Notes: a model not told the origin generated them from the sequence alone. A stretch of 64,000 bases of DNA from an uncultured delta proteobacterium (GCA_963798485.1 CAWCTR010000004.1:128001-192000), one strand, 5' to 3'; positions 30,505 to 42,886 are shown, counted from the stretch's first letter. Program-made: numbers and translations.

Positions 30505-33418
30505 ATGGCGTGTTATCATATCCAGGTTAAAATAATCAGCAGGGGCGGAGGCAAATGCGCCGTTTCCGCCGCTGCATACCGCTCGCGGGATAAGCTCTAT
30601 GATGAACGCCTGGACATGACATTCGACTATACGAAGAAGAAGGACCTCGCCTATGAAGAGATCCTCCTTCCGGAAAATGCACCCGAAAGACTGAAAGACC
30701 GGCAGACTCTCTGGAATGAAGTCGAAAGAGTAGAGAAGCGAAAAGACGCACGCCTCTCCCGGGAAGTCGAGTTAGCTCTTCCCAAGGAACTGAACTTCGA
30801 ACAACAGGTAGCTCTTGTAAAAGAATATGCTCAGTCACAATTCGTGGATAAAGGAATGATAGCCGACATCTGCATCCACAAGAGCGATAAAAATCCTCAT
30901 GTTCATATCATGCTTACAACTAGAGAAGTTACCAGTGATGGCTTTGGTAAAAAAGTAACCGCATGGAATGATAAAGCAGAACTCCTGAAGTGGCGGGAAG
31001 AGTGGGCGAATATCCAGAACAGGAAATTGTTGGAAGCAGGTCACGATATCCAGGTTGACCATAGGAGCTTTGCAGATAGAGGCATTGACCTTGAGCCACA
31101 CATCGAAGATCGGGATAGCAGCAAAATACCTGCCCAAAGGCTACCTCCACTTGCAAGAAACCCGAGGACTTGATCGCCTCGAAGAGTACCAGAGAATATG
31201 CAGAGAGAATGGGGAACGGATTATCAATGATCCGGCAAAAGCCTTGAAGCTCGTTGGACATTACGATGCCGTGTTCAAGCGGGAAGACATCATGGATTTC
31301 GCCTTCCGACACAGCGCTGATGCAGATCAGTTCAACCGTGTTTTCTCTGCCCTTGAGAACTGCCAAGAGCTTGTCAGAGTCGGGAAAAATGAGAAGGGAG
31401 AAGACCTGTTACTCAACTCGTACCATGGTGCTGAGCGAGAGGACCATGCTCAATAATGCGCAGAAAATGAATTCTTCAAATGGCCACCTCTTGGAGCAAA
31501 ATATCATCAATCAGACTGCGAAGAATTACACAATGAGTAAGGAGCAGGAAACAGCATTCAGAAACATAGTGGAGAGTGGAGATATCTCCGTGATGATCGG
31601 TCGTGCTGGAACAGGGAAAAGCTATACGCTTGGTGCAGTAAAAGAAGCATATGAAGCAGGAGGATATCGGGTAAGAGGCTTGCACTTTCGGGTATTGCAG
31701 CAGAAGGCCTTCAGAATGAAAGCGGGATCGAAAGCACAACCATCTTCAGGCAGTTGGAGGACTGGGAAAATGAGAGAAATGTACTCAGCAAAGACCAGAT
31801 CCTGGTGATCGATGAAGCGGGTATGGTCGGTACCAGACAGATGCATAAGATCTTGGAACACGCTCATGAAGCAGGAGCAAAAGTGATCCTGGTGGGAGAC
31901 AACGAACAGCTCCAGTCAATCGAAGCAGGAGGATCATTCCGAGGCATCATCCAGAGGACCGGATACGTAGAACTGGCAGAAGTAAGAAGACAACATGTCG
32001 AGTGGCAGAAACAAGCAACCGTAGAATTCTCCGGCAACAAAGAGCAGGCGGAGAAGGCCCTGGAAATGTACCACGACCATGGACACATCCATGAACTCCA
32101 GACCAGGCAAGACGCCAAGGATCAGATGCTGAAAGAGTGGGCAGAGCAGCAACATCTTTCAAAACAGAAGCACGAGACCAGCCTCATGATGGCCTACACG
32201 AACAAGGACGTTCATGATTTGAACCAGGGGGCGAGACAGTACAGAAAACTCTATGGAGAGCTCCGAGAACCCGAACACACCTTCATGACCGAGAAAGGAG
32301 AACGAAACTTCTGCACCGGAGACCGGATCATCTTTCTCAGAAACGAGCATTCTTTAGGAGTTCGTAATGGTTCCCTTGGTACAGTTAAGAATATCAATCG
32401 GGGAGCCATGACAGTAAAACTCGATAAAGGCGATAGAGTCGCTATCGATACGAGCATGTATAAAGATTTCGACCACGGATATGCAGCAACCGTGCATAAG
32501 ACTCAAGGCTCCACCCTGGATCATACTTTTGTCCTAGGCTCACGGCATTTTGATAAACATACCACCTACGTTGCCATGAGCAGGCATAGAGAAAATGTGG
32601 CCATGTACTACGGAAAGGAAGATTTCAAAAACCTTGAGGACCTGCAGAGAGTCATGGGGAGAGAACGCCCAAAGATTCTGGTTATAGACTATGGATTGCC
32701 TAGAGGCATAGAGCCCGATAACAGAGTTATCGAAGCAGAGAGAGTTCTGACTCACGAAGAAAGACGCATCCAGGAACAAGAATGGCAACGGCCAAGGGAT
32801 GAAGAGAAGTATGTCGAGCAAATGAAAGAGAAGGGAATCCAGGTTGAATTCCCCAAGGATAAAACTGTTGAAGGGTATTATATTGGGATTCAGGAGGTCT
32901 CTGGCAGAAAGTACGCCATGATCGATACCCATGCCGTTACAACACAAGGAACCCGCTACATGGTGCCTTATGACTGTGACAAGCGGAAGGATGAAGTAAT
33001 GAAATTCCGTCGCGTGGAATATGACGGTCAGAGGATTGAAGAGATGTGGAGGAAGGATTTAGAAAAGGAGAGACAGCAAAAGCTCGCTCAACAAAATCGA
33101 GAACCGAAACACGAAAGAGAGCTCAATGCGTCAGAGATCCTCTACTGCCAGCAGATGAAGGACCGGGGCCTCCAAACAGAATTTATAAATGAAAGATCAG
33201 TGGAAGGGTACTTTACCAAAATAGAAACGATTGGCGAGAATAAGTTTGCTGTGATCGAGAATAAAGGAACTCGGTATATGGTGCCCTGCAATAACGAATA
33301 TGATCAAATGCAGATGCACCGCTATGTAGCTTATAACGGACAAAACATGTCTCCTGCCAAACCAAAGACCTCTGACCTTGCTCAAGATATCGGCAAAGGC
33401 CTTGGGCGTGAGAGGTAA
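30505..33418 (+). pseudogene. traA: TraA-like MobA/MobL relaxase-RecD helicase fusion split by three single-base frameshifts
   Basis: MACYH, AAAYRS, ALPKEL, NPHVHIMLTTR; Walker A GRAGTGKS, IDEAGM, GDNEQL, HKTQG, YVAMSRH; frame breaks near 31106, 31406 and 31679. Confidence 0.88.
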
Positions 33419-33596
33419 AATCCATCTGAGACATTATCTTATCTTACAGTCTGGAGAGCATATAATCGTCTAGTGATATATTCAATCCAGGCTGATCTTT
33501 GCTATCCTCACGCTATGTGTACTTCTTGAGAGAATAAACTAGTAGAACAATCGTTGATTTATAGAAGAATCATCACTATGGGCAAACCGTTGCGTA

Positions 33597-33682
33597 TGGT
33601 ATGTAATCTATGGTCTTGCTTGCCCCTCTTTTTCGTATGTTATGAAAAATAATCTATGGTCTGGGATCACCTTTGATCATGG
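33597..33682 (+). repeat. Island-internal dispersed repeat, copy A
   Basis: tggtatgtaatctatggt...ttatgaaaaataatctatggtct matches 54007-54092. Confidence 0.8.
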
Positions 33683-33987
33683 CAAAAATTCAACGGTTTC
33701 TAAGGGTTTGTGAAAGCACCGATTTTATCGCAGAGATCAACGCTTTCATTGTATAAAGAAAAGGAAATGAAATTCAGCCTCATCAAAGAGAGAGAGCAAT
33801 CAACTATCGCATTTACCAAGGAACTCAAGATATGCACTTTTTTTAGAGTATATTCATCAATCGCCATTTGCCAGATGGGTTAACGGGTGAATAATCGAGG
33901 ATGTGATTCGCGGTATAGGATTACTGTAGATTGAGTCTGTCACTTTTTTATGACATGATGGGATAATATTAAATCAAAGGGAATATA

Positions 33988-34524
33988 ATGCCGGAAGAGA
34001 TCGAAGATCCGACCGAAAAATTGCATGAAGCGCTCCAAGAGGAAGCGCGGGAGGCGAGGGAACAGTGGGTGCTTTGGGTGGCTCTCAGCACAGCTATTCT
34101 CGCCGTACTTGCCGCTGTATCTTCCCTCCTGGCGGGCCATCATTCCAACGAAGCCTTGATAGAGCAGATTCAAGCATCGGATCAATGGGCATATTATCAG
34201 TCAAAGGGCGTCAAATCAGTAGTGCTTGAAAGTCGAATCGCAACGCTGGAGGCCCTCGGCAGACAGGCATTTGCCAAAGACCAGGAAAAGGTTGTGGCCT
34301 ATAAGCAGGAACAGCAGCAGATCGAAGAAAAAGCGCACGAGAAAGAGAAAGCCTCATCCCTGCATCTGATGGCGCATAACATGCTAGCCAAAGGGGTCAC
34401 CGCCTTCCAGATTGCCATTGCCATCTCAGCGATTGCCGTTCTGACCAGAAGGAAATGGTTGTGGTATGGTGCCGGCGTTTTGGGACTGATTGGTCTGATC
34501 TATTTGGTGCAGGGGCTGTTGTAA
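33988..34524 (+). CDS. DUF4337-like membrane protein
   Basis: VALSTAILAVLAA, QASDQWAYYQSK, coiled coil, FQIAIAISAI. Confidence 0.8.
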   Translation: MPEEIEDPTEKLHEALQEEAREAREQWVLWVALSTAILAVLAAVSSLLAGHHSNEALIEQIQASDQWAYYQSKGVKSVVLESRIATLEALGRQAFAKDQEKVVAYKQEQQQIEEKAHEKEKASSLHLMAHNMLAKGVTAFQIAIAISAIAVLTRRKWLWYGAGVLGLIGLIYLVQGLL

Positions 34525-34708
34525 GGTCACTCAGGAAAGGGATAGGTCAAGCATAAGTCAACCCTTTCTTCCAATGCTTATTAAACATGAACTGAATGAA
34601 TCATAAATATAGCGTGCCAAAATCGTTATACTTTGAGGTTGGCCCCAGAAAGTATAACTATCATCTCAAGAGTTACACTTTGCCTACACCGAAGATTTGG
34701 AAACAAAA

Positions 34709-35490
34709 GTGTGACACGAATGCCGGGAGGCAATGCTGTGTAGGAGATGAGGGAAGGCCCCTCGGAGCCGCCATGCAGGTGGAGGCTTCAAACCGCCCTA
34801 AGCTGCGATGGTAAAGAGCCATGGTGGTGAGCGTTAGGGAAAAGGCGCAAAGAATGTGTCAGGTGAGTATCGGAGAGACGAGCGAAAGCGAACCAGTCGA
34901 TGAGGCATCGAAACAAATCTATAGACGATGTCAAAACCAGGATCTTTTGTTATCCTGGGAAGAGCTCAGAGGGAGCCTGTTTACTGTCTGAGCGGCATCC
35001 GGTGTAGAGATGGCGTGAATCCGATATGGGCTTCTGCACAGAACGTGTGAACCTGTCGTCCGGATGACAAGGGAGAAATCCAAGGGGGAAGGCCCCCCGA
35101 GGGCGAGAGTACCGATGCCGGGCACAGGGGCGGGACAGCTCGTAGTAGTGATGAAGCTCCTGTAATGGGAGTGGAGCTGAACAGGTCAAGGATTCCATCA
35201 AGAAAAGGTTAGCAGAGTGCAAACTCGAAATGCACCCAGACAAAACCAAGGTCGTATACTGTAAAGACGGCTCGCGGAGGGGGACTCACTCTACTGTCTG
35301 TTTTGATTTCCTTGGTTTCACATTCCAGCCCAGGAAAGCTATTAACAAGAAAGGCCAGAACTTTACAGGATTTCTACCGGCCATCAGTAACAAAGCCCTC
35401 AAGCGAATCGGTGATGTAGTTCGCAGTTGGAAGTTGCGGAGCTGGATCGGGTACGACATTGAGGAATTGGCCACAGCTTTAAATCCGGGA
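34709..35490 (+). mobile_element. Group II intron remnant (5' ribozyme domains + RT C-terminal fragment)
   Basis: Starts GTGTG; typical blocks gagcgaaagcgaacc, gagagtaccgatg, cgtagtagtgatgaagc...gtaatg...ggagc; ORF fragment LEMHPDKTKVVYCKD...FDFLGFTF; no YADD domain and no domain V found. Confidence 0.85.
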
Positions 35491-35670
35491 CGAGTTATAT
35501 TCGCCCGTCTTGACAACCATACCCTGCAGTCCATATAGTGTGCCGGAGATCTACGCATGAATTGAATATAATTGAGAACGTACAAACTCATCTTCCCGGA
35601 TGGACCGAACGGCCTTGAGCTTCGGATGAAGGACTCTTCCTGTCCATCTTTTTTGCAAAAGGATTAGGAA

Positions 35671-37503
35671 ATGAGATTCCTTACAGGCCTGTTGAACGGT
35701 TTCAGCCATATCATAAAGTTCGTTACTGTGGGATTTCTGCTTACCCTCGTATTCCTGGCTTTCTATTTCAGAGGGACCGGGATCCCCCATAATTTTCTTA
35801 CCTGGTTGTATGCTCTGTCCATCCCGGCATATTATTATCTGGCCATTCTGCTGCTGACCTGCCTCCTTGCACCGCTGTACTTCATTCCATACGTGAGATA
35901 TCTCGTTATCGTTCCAAAGATATTCCTGGATTTTTATCTGTTTGTGAATCTATTTGTGTTCAATATCTTCAGGCTGCACATTGATATGATTTATATTAAT
36001 ATCATGCTGCACGACTTTAACGGCATAGGATTACCATTTTACATCATCTGCCTGGCGGCTGGAGCGTTCGTGTGCATTCTCCTGATAAATCTCCTTGCAT
36101 TCCTTGCAGCGGTCCGTTTCGGGAAACGGACTGTCATAACCTCCCTGGCCGTCATCTTTCTGCTTATCTCTGGCCAATTGGTGCACATATGGGGTATCGA
36201 ATACAATCAGAAATACATAACCAGGTATACCACCAATTTTCCCTATTTCTTCCCGACCAAGGCACATGATTTCATAGCCAAGATGGCACGGGCCTATCCG
36301 GCTATAGTACCCGTGCATTCCGATGCCCAGGCATATGCCCTGGACCCCGACACAGACAGATATACCCATCTTCAGTATCCACTTAAAAAGATGGAATGCG
36401 ACACCCCTGTCAGGAGCAGGTACAACATCATCTATTTCATTCTGGAAAGCTGGCGCAGCGACTCGATGAACGAGCACATCACGCCCGTGATGTATCGTTT
36501 CGGACAGAAAAGTTATGTATTCACCAATCATATCAGCGGAGGAAATTGTACACCTACAGGTCTCTTCAGCATCATGTACGGCCTCCATCCCACATACATG
36601 AAATATGCAGCAACCGACCCGGTGGGAAACCCACCGGTGCTGATACGCATGCTGAAGGATAACGGGTACACCATAAAAGCGTACACGTCTTCCAATTTTG
36701 ACGGATTTTCCCTGAAGACCATGTTCTTTCATGGGATCGCCGAGACCGATTATGTGGAGGAACTCAAAGAAGACAGCCTGAAGGATGACCGGACCGTCAT
36801 ATCGAAGCTGAAGGAGTCGATCAAGAGCGAACGGAATGGTCCCCCGTTCTTTAAATTTGTTTTTCTCACATCGTCTCATTATGGGTACGAGTACCCTGAA
36901 AGTCATGAAATATTCCGTCCGATCTCTATGAAAGGCTCATTCCTGTTCAATAAAAACGCCGACCCGACCCCGCTCTTCAACAGGTACAAAAATTCGTTGC
37001 ATTATAATGACGCCCTTTTCGGCGAAGTCCTCTCGACCCTCAAAGAGGCGGGTCTGGAAGAGAAGACAATCATAGTAGTCACATCCGACCACGGTGAAGA
37101 ATTCAATGACAAGGGCGACGGGTATTGGGGACATATGAGCAACTACACACGCTATCAGACCTCAGTCCCCTTGATCCTGTATCTTCCGGAGAACAAGACC
37201 GAGCACGTCATCAACACCCGGTCGTCACACTGCGATATTGCGCCCACCATCCTCAATTATCTGTTTGGCTGCAACGATTTCAGTAGCTACAGCTCCGGGA
37301 CGGACCTGCTGCATCTTCCTGATCACAGGGGCCTCATCGTACAGAGCTATAAGAACAAGGCCTTTATCATTGACAATATAGTGTACTCGGAGGGCATCAC
37401 GCTGGACAGCTATGACCTGAGCGACATTAATAAGAAGAACACCCAATTCGACTATAAGGGCCTGGAGCTGGTGAAGAAATCGGAGAGAACCTTCCTCAGA
37501 TGA
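35671..37503 (+). CDS. YejM/PbgA-like membrane sulfatase-family protein
   Basis: Five N-terminal TMs, NIIYFILESWR, HISGGNCT, VTSDHGEEF, WGH, SHCDIAPT. Confidence 0.88.
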   Translation: MRFLTGLLNGFSHIIKFVTVGFLLTLVFLAFYFRGTGIPHNFLTWLYALSIPAYYYLAILLLTCLLAPLYFIPYVRYLVIVPKIFLDFYLFVNLFVFNIFRLHIDMIYINIMLHDFNGIGLPFYIICLAAGAFVCILLINLLAFLAAVRFGKRTVITSLAVIFLLISGQLVHIWGIEYNQKYITRYTTNFPYFFPTKAHDFIAKMARAYPAIVPVHSDAQAYALDPDTDRYTHLQYPLKKMECDTPVRSRYNIIYFILESWRSDSMNEHITPVMYRFGQKSYVFTNHISGGNCTPTGLFSIMYGLHPTYMKYAATDPVGNPPVLIRMLKDNGYTIKAYTSSNFDGFSLKTMFFHGIAETDYVEELKEDSLKDDRTVISKLKESIKSERNGPPFFKFVFLTSSHYGYEYPESHEIFRPISMKGSFLFNKNADPTPLFNRYKNSLHYNDALFGEVLSTLKEAGLEEKTIIVVTSDHGEEFNDKGDGYWGHMSNYTRYQTSVPLILYLPENKTEHVINTRSSHCDIAPTILNYLFGCNDFSSYSSGTDLLHLPDHRGLIVQSYKNKAFIIDNIVYSEGITLDSYDLSDINKKNTQFDYKGLELVKKSERTFLR

Positions 37504-37720
37504 TATTGATCACCTATGGAATATTCTTCCACTCTGAGCAATGAAAGATTATTACACTTCTATACATCATTCCCTTTATCCAAACAGTTGAAGATCCCTT
37601 GGGGCGGAAGTAGTTTGGGTATGAGGTTTAAGAAAAATGCAATCTCACAATCTGACCCTTCTATGAGTCTTAATAGATTATATCTTCAGTACAAATAAAA
37701 TCATAGGAATCTTATTTATA

Positions 37721-38941
37721 TTACGCCTGGTTATATGATTTATTATGCCTACCCTTATGTATTACCTGAACCACATCCATATCTTTAGAAAAGTATTTCC
37801 TGATGACTAATCTAGAAAGCATATCTGCCTTAATATGGAAATGGTCTTTGAGAACCAGGAGACATCCAATGGTTATTCCTTCACCGGTTTCTTTGTTTTG
37901 AGCAAAGCCCACAAACCAGTTCCTTTTCCCTTTTGGTTGATCTCCATTAATACTTCCACTCTTTGCTCCTATGGCAAGATATTTGAGCACCCTGTCTGAT
38001 GAGATCCTCCTGAAAGATTTTGCGACGGTACCCGATTTGACTGTCCTTTCCATCATGGTACTCAGGTTTTGAGCAGTTTCTTTTTTCATAACCGGTATCT
38101 TTGTAGCATTCGTATTCTGAGTCCGTACAAGCCTGGGAGTAACCATAGTGCCATTATTCGTAACCGCTGTGACTATCTGTGCTGCATGGAGAGGTGACAT
38201 CCGTGTCTCTTTATTGTACCCGCAGGCGAGTTCGGCAAGGTTATAATCATCCTTAGGCATTAACATTGTACTTGGTGTGCTCTCCAATTCCTTCACAGGT
38301 GACTTCCAGAACCCCATTTTCTTGGCTGTGAGTTCAATAGGAGCCTCTCCAAGATAGATTGTTCCGAGTTTGGCAAAAACTATGTTGTTGGAGCGAGCAA
38401 AGGCATCGGCCAGTGATATATCCATGCACCATTTATTCCTCTTATTGGCGAGCTGTCTCTTGTAAAGGGTATGAGCATTGCCGGAGTAAGAGAATTTACT
38501 CTCAGGTGAAAATCTTTTCTGATCCATAGCAGCTGTAGCGGTTACCAGCTTAAAAATGCTTGCAGCAGGCTCTGCATCCAGACCGATACTGCAATCCTCT
38601 CCCGATGTATTTTGTCCATAAAGGGCAAGGACATCTCCGGTATGAGAATCTATAACGACAATGGAACCGTAATACAGTTTATACTTGGCTGCCATTTCAG
38701 CGATGAACTGCTGAATATCCCAGTCAATAGTTAGGTTATGGGTTTTTATGGTGTTCTGATCTATGTGGACAAGATCCTGCTTTTTAAGGGCACTTGTATT
38801 CTCGTTTGCCGGGACAACCTTTGATTGTACAACCTTAGCTGGTACAACCTTTTGAGCAACGACAGGTGTTTTAACGATTTTCGTTCCTGCTCTGTGTTCA
38901 TGAAAAAAGAAAAACGGCATCATGATTAGAATGAGAAGCAC
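37721..38941 (-). CDS. Penicillin-binding transpeptidase-domain protein
   Basis: SxxK (SIFK), SxN (SNN), KSG; N-terminal anchor. A TTG start near 38983 is one base out of frame. Confidence 0.85.
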   Translation of the reverse strand: MLLILIMMPFFFFHEHRAGTKIVKTPVVAQKVVPAKVVQSKVVPANENTSALKKQDLVHIDQNTIKTHNLTIDWDIQQFIAEMAAKYKLYYGSIVVIDSHTGDVLALYGQNTSGEDCSIGLDAEPAASIFKLVTATAAMDQKRFSPESKFSYSGNAHTLYKRQLANKRNKWCMDISLADAFARSNNIVFAKLGTIYLGEAPIELTAKKMGFWKSPVKELESTPSTMLMPKDDYNLAELACGYNKETRMSPLHAAQIVTAVTNNGTMVTPRLVRTQNTNATKIPVMKKETAQNLSTMMERTVKSGTVAKSFRRISSDRVLKYLAIGAKSGSINGDQPKGKRNWFVGFAQNKETGEGITIGCLLVLKDHFHIKADMLSRLVIRKYFSKDMDVVQVIHKGRHNKSYNQA

Positions 38942-39270
38942 AAGGTAGCGAAGACGGAAAACCCTCCGTTTCCGTTTTCTTCAATAACGGGTAAGTATCA
39001 AATAGAAATTGTCTATCCATCAATAAATAATAATCCTGCCCAGTTATTTGTTCAAGTTTTTACATAAGTGGCTAATGGAAGTCAATTCAGATATCCATGG
39101 ATAGAAGCCCATCTGGTTATTATAAAACCTATGTTTACATAGATTGATCAATGACGAGTATAGGTGAGTCAGCCTTTCATTCTGTTCAATGTATATGATA
39201 CTGAACACATAGCCTGATCAAGGATATTTAAGGCTGTTACGAAGGGAGGAATCTTGAAGGAGGTTTTACA

Positions 39271-40143
39271 TTGAATCTTAACTTCATGGTCATGATTCTG
39301 GCGATCATTCAGGGTCTCGCGGAACTGCTGCCTGTATCAAGTTCCGCCCATGTCATCATAGCAGAGAAGCTCCTTGGGTTAGATCCTACCACACCGGAAA
39401 TGACTCTTCTCCTGGTGACGCTGCACACAGGCACGATGCTGGCTGTAATTGTTTACTTCTGGAGATCCTGGAAGCTAGCATATTTTTCTTCATGGAATGA
39501 GACATGGCATTATGCAAAGCTGCTCTTCCTCGCGACTGTACTGACGGGAATAGTAGGGATGTCCATTAAGAACGTCATCGAGAGATATGCATTTCACAAT
39601 GTTCCAAAGGCTGTGATAGAACTTCTGTTTGGGAACCTTTTGTTAATCGCTATAGCGCTGGCAGCTGCAGGAGCCCTCATCGTATACACAGGACTTCGGT
39701 ATCACCGTTGCATTAATAATCAAGAAATCACGGTAAAGACAAATCATGCAGTCTGGATAGGTCTTGTGCAGGGTCTTTGCCTTCCGTTCCGCGGATTTTC
39801 CAGATCCGGTGCTACAATTTCATGTGGTTTATTGACAGGTGCATCAAAGCGACCAGTAGAGGAATTCAGCTTTGCACTGGCTGTCATTCTCACACCACCG
39901 GTTGTTATGCGCGAGGTTATGCGTCTCATCCAATCGCATAAATCTCTCACAGCTCCTGGCACTGATCTATCCATGAGTCTTTTTTTGCCTGGATTGCTGG
40001 GTCTTGTCTGTAGCTTTATAGCTGGTCTCCTGGCCTTGCGATGGTTATCAAGTTGGCTTGAGCGAGGCCGTTGGCATTATTTCGGCTACTACTGCTTATT
40101 TGTATCAGTGGTTGTACTGATATTGTATGTCTTGGGATACTGA
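39271..40143 (+). CDS. uppP: Undecaprenyl-diphosphate phosphatase
   Basis: QGLAELLPVSSSAH, LHTGT, RGFSRSGATI, EFSF. Confidence 0.93.
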   Translation: MNLNFMVMILAIIQGLAELLPVSSSAHVIIAEKLLGLDPTTPEMTLLLVTLHTGTMLAVIVYFWRSWKLAYFSSWNETWHYAKLLFLATVLTGIVGMSIKNVIERYAFHNVPKAVIELLFGNLLLIAIALAAAGALIVYTGLRYHRCINNQEITVKTNHAVWIGLVQGLCLPFRGFSRSGATISCGLLTGASKRPVEEFSFALAVILTPPVVMREVMRLIQSHKSLTAPGTDLSMSLFLPGLLGLVCSFIAGLLALRWLSSWLERGRWHYFGYYCLFVSVVVLILYVLGY

Positions 40144-40325
40144 TAAAATCAAGTCCCCGAACAAATGACCATACTGGCATTGAGGCATGATGATTCATGA
40201 CAATAGTAGACAATACAATGGATACTTGTCTGCAAGGGTAGAGATGAATAAAAGTATTATCAAGATCGTAGTGAGTACTTATGACATTTGATTTGTATGC
40301 CTTGCTCAGCTTTTTTCTCGAATGA

Positions 40326-41426
40326 TCATTCGTGAATAAGTTTTGAAACACGTTCGAGAGTTATCCCTTCAGCTTTGAGCTTCGGCACCTCCCTCTGTAA
40401 TACAGCTATGGTCTCAGGGTGCGGATGGCAGATACCAATAGCGCTCGAATGTTTTACAGCTTTTCTTTTCAGCTCATCAAGCTGGCCCATGATATACGCA
40501 TCATTCTGCTCATCATCAAGGAACACATCACGTTTATTCCATGGAAGGCCGATCTCCTGGGCAACTTTAAATCCCACTGATTTACCGGAGGTAAGGCTAT
40601 CGATGTAGAAGAGCCCCTTATTTTTAAGCTCTGTTTCAACAAGCATCATGATCTCCCGGTCCTGGGTTACTTCAGAGCCCATATGATTGTTCACACCAGA
40701 TATATATGGTACGGCCCTGATATCACCCAGCAGGATAGTTCGGATCTGATCAGGAGCCATGCCCTTGAAGATCGCTCCCTTACCGGGCTCATGACCGGCA
40801 GCACCTTGCATAGGTAGATGTAACATGACCTCATGGCCCTTTGTATGGAGATATTGTGCAACTTCTTGTGAGTGTGGACGCATAGGCATTACAGAGAAGG
40901 TAAGGTCCCCATCGATTGTCGCGAGCTGTTCTGCTGGTTTCATATCCGGTCCCATATCGTCCACTATGATGGCTATATAGCCTGTTGGAAGAGTAGGGAC
41001 GATAAACTTGGGAGGAATCACGGCTGCTGCTCCCTTCTTCGGATAAATGAATTCGATCACCCATGTCTCATCACCAACTTCTATTGTAGCATGCCCGATA
41101 TCCTTGACATTGATGCTGCCATATTTCTCGACTGGTTTGAATGCAAAGGACAACTGATCAGGGGTGAAGTTTTCACGGGACTCCACCTTGATTGTGTGAT
41201 TGTGGGTTGTTGTCTGGTCTTTATGAATTCCGAGATCGAACAGACAGCCCTTGATGATTAATTCCGTTTTCACCAGTTTCTGAGGAACCGAAGGTACTAT
41301 TGGTGCTACCCTTCTGTGCATACCCTTTTCCAGATATACGACTACCCCCGCCAGGACCAGGATGATTGCAAATATGGCAAAGAGAGTAGCTTGATTGAAC
41401 TTGATCTTTTTCTTTCTCTTCCTCAT
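40326..41426 (-). CDS. Divergent polysaccharide deacetylase (YibQ family)
   Basis: IAIIVDDMG, HEVMLHLPM, NNHMGS, DSLT, RDVFLD, AIGICHP. Confidence 0.9.
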   Translation of the reverse strand: MRKRKKKIKFNQATLFAIFAIILVLAGVVVYLEKGMHRRVAPIVPSVPQKLVKTELIIKGCLFDLGIHKDQTTTHNHTIKVESRENFTPDQLSFAFKPVEKYGSINVKDIGHATIEVGDETWVIEFIYPKKGAAAVIPPKFIVPTLPTGYIAIIVDDMGPDMKPAEQLATIDGDLTFSVMPMRPHSQEVAQYLHTKGHEVMLHLPMQGAAGHEPGKGAIFKGMAPDQIRTILLGDIRAVPYISGVNNHMGSEVTQDREIMMLVETELKNKGLFYIDSLTSGKSVGFKVAQEIGLPWNKRDVFLDDEQNDAYIMGQLDELKRKAVKHSSAIGICHPHPETIAVLQREVPKLKAEGITLERVSKLIHE

Positions 41427-42886
41427 TCGTTGGCCGACCCTTTCTTTTTCAGGTTCGAGTGATTACTTCTGATTGCATTCACTGCCTTGTCAGTATCATT
41501 ATTGGCATATGCATTTACGCCATGGATGATGCCGTCAATAATGCTATTCTGGTAAGACTCTTGCTGCAGGATTTTGCATTCGGTAGGGTTGGTGATGAAC
41601 CCAGTCTCGATCAGGATAGCCGGCATTTGCGCACCTACCAGGACATAAAAAAGGGCCTGCTTGACACTATGGTTTTGGCAGGTATGGTCAGATTCCTTGT
41701 TAGATGAGATAATGGAGTTCTGAACATATGTGGCAAACTTTGATGATTCATTTATTTTGCTGTTGAGCTCCAGGTCCTGGATGATGAACTGGAGATCGCT
41801 TATAGATTTTGTAGTTGTCTCATTCTCCTTCGCCGCCACCTTAATGGCATAGTCATCTTTGGTCATATTGAGAAAGTAGGTCTCAACCCCATCTAAAGTT
41901 TTGTTAGGGTTAGAATTCACATGGATAGAAATAAAGAGGTCTGCTTTCTTCTTGTTTGCAAAGGCTGTTCGCTCCTCAAGAGGGATAAATACATCTTCAT
42001 CCCTGGTGAGGAAGACTTCGAAGCCTTCTTCTGTCAGACGTTTTGCAAGCTTCTTACCAATCTCCAAGGTGATATCTTTTTCCTTCTCACCATGTGGTCC
42101 TGTTGCTCCGGGGTCCCTCCCTCCATGGCCTGGATCAATGACGATCTTTGATATTTTGTGAGAGAGCTGCTTTGTTGCAGAAGACTGATCACCCGTTATT
42201 TGTGAAGGTGTATCATCCTTGTTCCCATCGATCACATGCCCAGCCCGGTCAAGCGTCTTATCGGATTGCTTTGCCTCCTTGTGCGTGAGATCGGTCCCTT
42301 CCTGATTATCCACATTGGGAGTCTTCTCTTCACCCCCGCTCTTGTTTTTATTGATGCTGTTAAGAGCCTCTCTCGCCTTCAAAGAAATATCACCTGTTGG
42401 ATACTTCATCACGATCTCATGATATAGTTCAATGGCCTTCTTTTTCTCTCCTAGCCTGACCTCGTAAACTTTGGCCTCCCTGAGAAGGGCATCAGCTGCA
42501 ATCGTAGAATCCGGATATTTATTGATAACTGTTTCATATGCTTCGAGTGAACTCTTAAGGTCATGTTTTTTCGAGAAGTAGCCATAGATCTGCTCGAAGA
42601 GTTTTCCCTCCATGTATAAGGCTTTCGGGGCAAAAGACGATTTAGGGTATCCTGTTGCAACATCATCAAACTTTTGCACCACCTTCAACCAGTTGGCTTT
42701 GTCCTTACGGAGGCTTGCATCTCCTGATAGCTCAATGTATGCCGCATTAGCTTCCCGATATTTTTCTTTTGCACCAGAGGTGGCGGCAAAACCAGTCTTC
42801 TGCATGTCGGGGAGTAAAAGAAGTATACCGATTGTAATGATTACGGGTATGATCCTGGCTATAGTCATATTCATGGTGTTTATCAA
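41423..42886 (-). CDS. N-acetylmuramoyl-L-alanine amidase (Amidase_3) with N-terminal TPR region
   Basis: IDPGHGG, EKDITL, SIHVN, MPAILIETGF; YPKS/YPDS TPR caps. Confidence 0.92.
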   Translation of the reverse strand: MINTMNMTIARIIPVIITIGILLLLPDMQKTGFAATSGAKEKYREANAAYIELSGDASLRKDKANWLKVVQKFDDVATGYPKSSFAPKALYMEGKLFEQIYGYFSKKHDLKSSLEAYETVINKYPDSTIAADALLREAKVYEVRLGEKKKAIELYHEIVMKYPTGDISLKAREALNSINKNKSGGEEKTPNVDNQEGTDLTHKEAKQSDKTLDRAGHVIDGNKDDTPSQITGDQSSATKQLSHKISKIVIDPGHGGRDPGATGPHGEKEKDITLEIGKKLAKRLTEEGFEVFLTRDEDVFIPLEERTAFANKKKADLFISIHVNSNPNKTLDGVETYFLNMTKDDYAIKVAAKENETTTKSISDLQFIIQDLELNSKINESSKFATYVQNSIISSNKESDHTCQNHSVKQALFYVLVGAQMPAILIETGFITNPTECKILQQESYQNSIIDGIIHGVNAYANNDTDKAVNAIRSNHSNLKKKGSANE

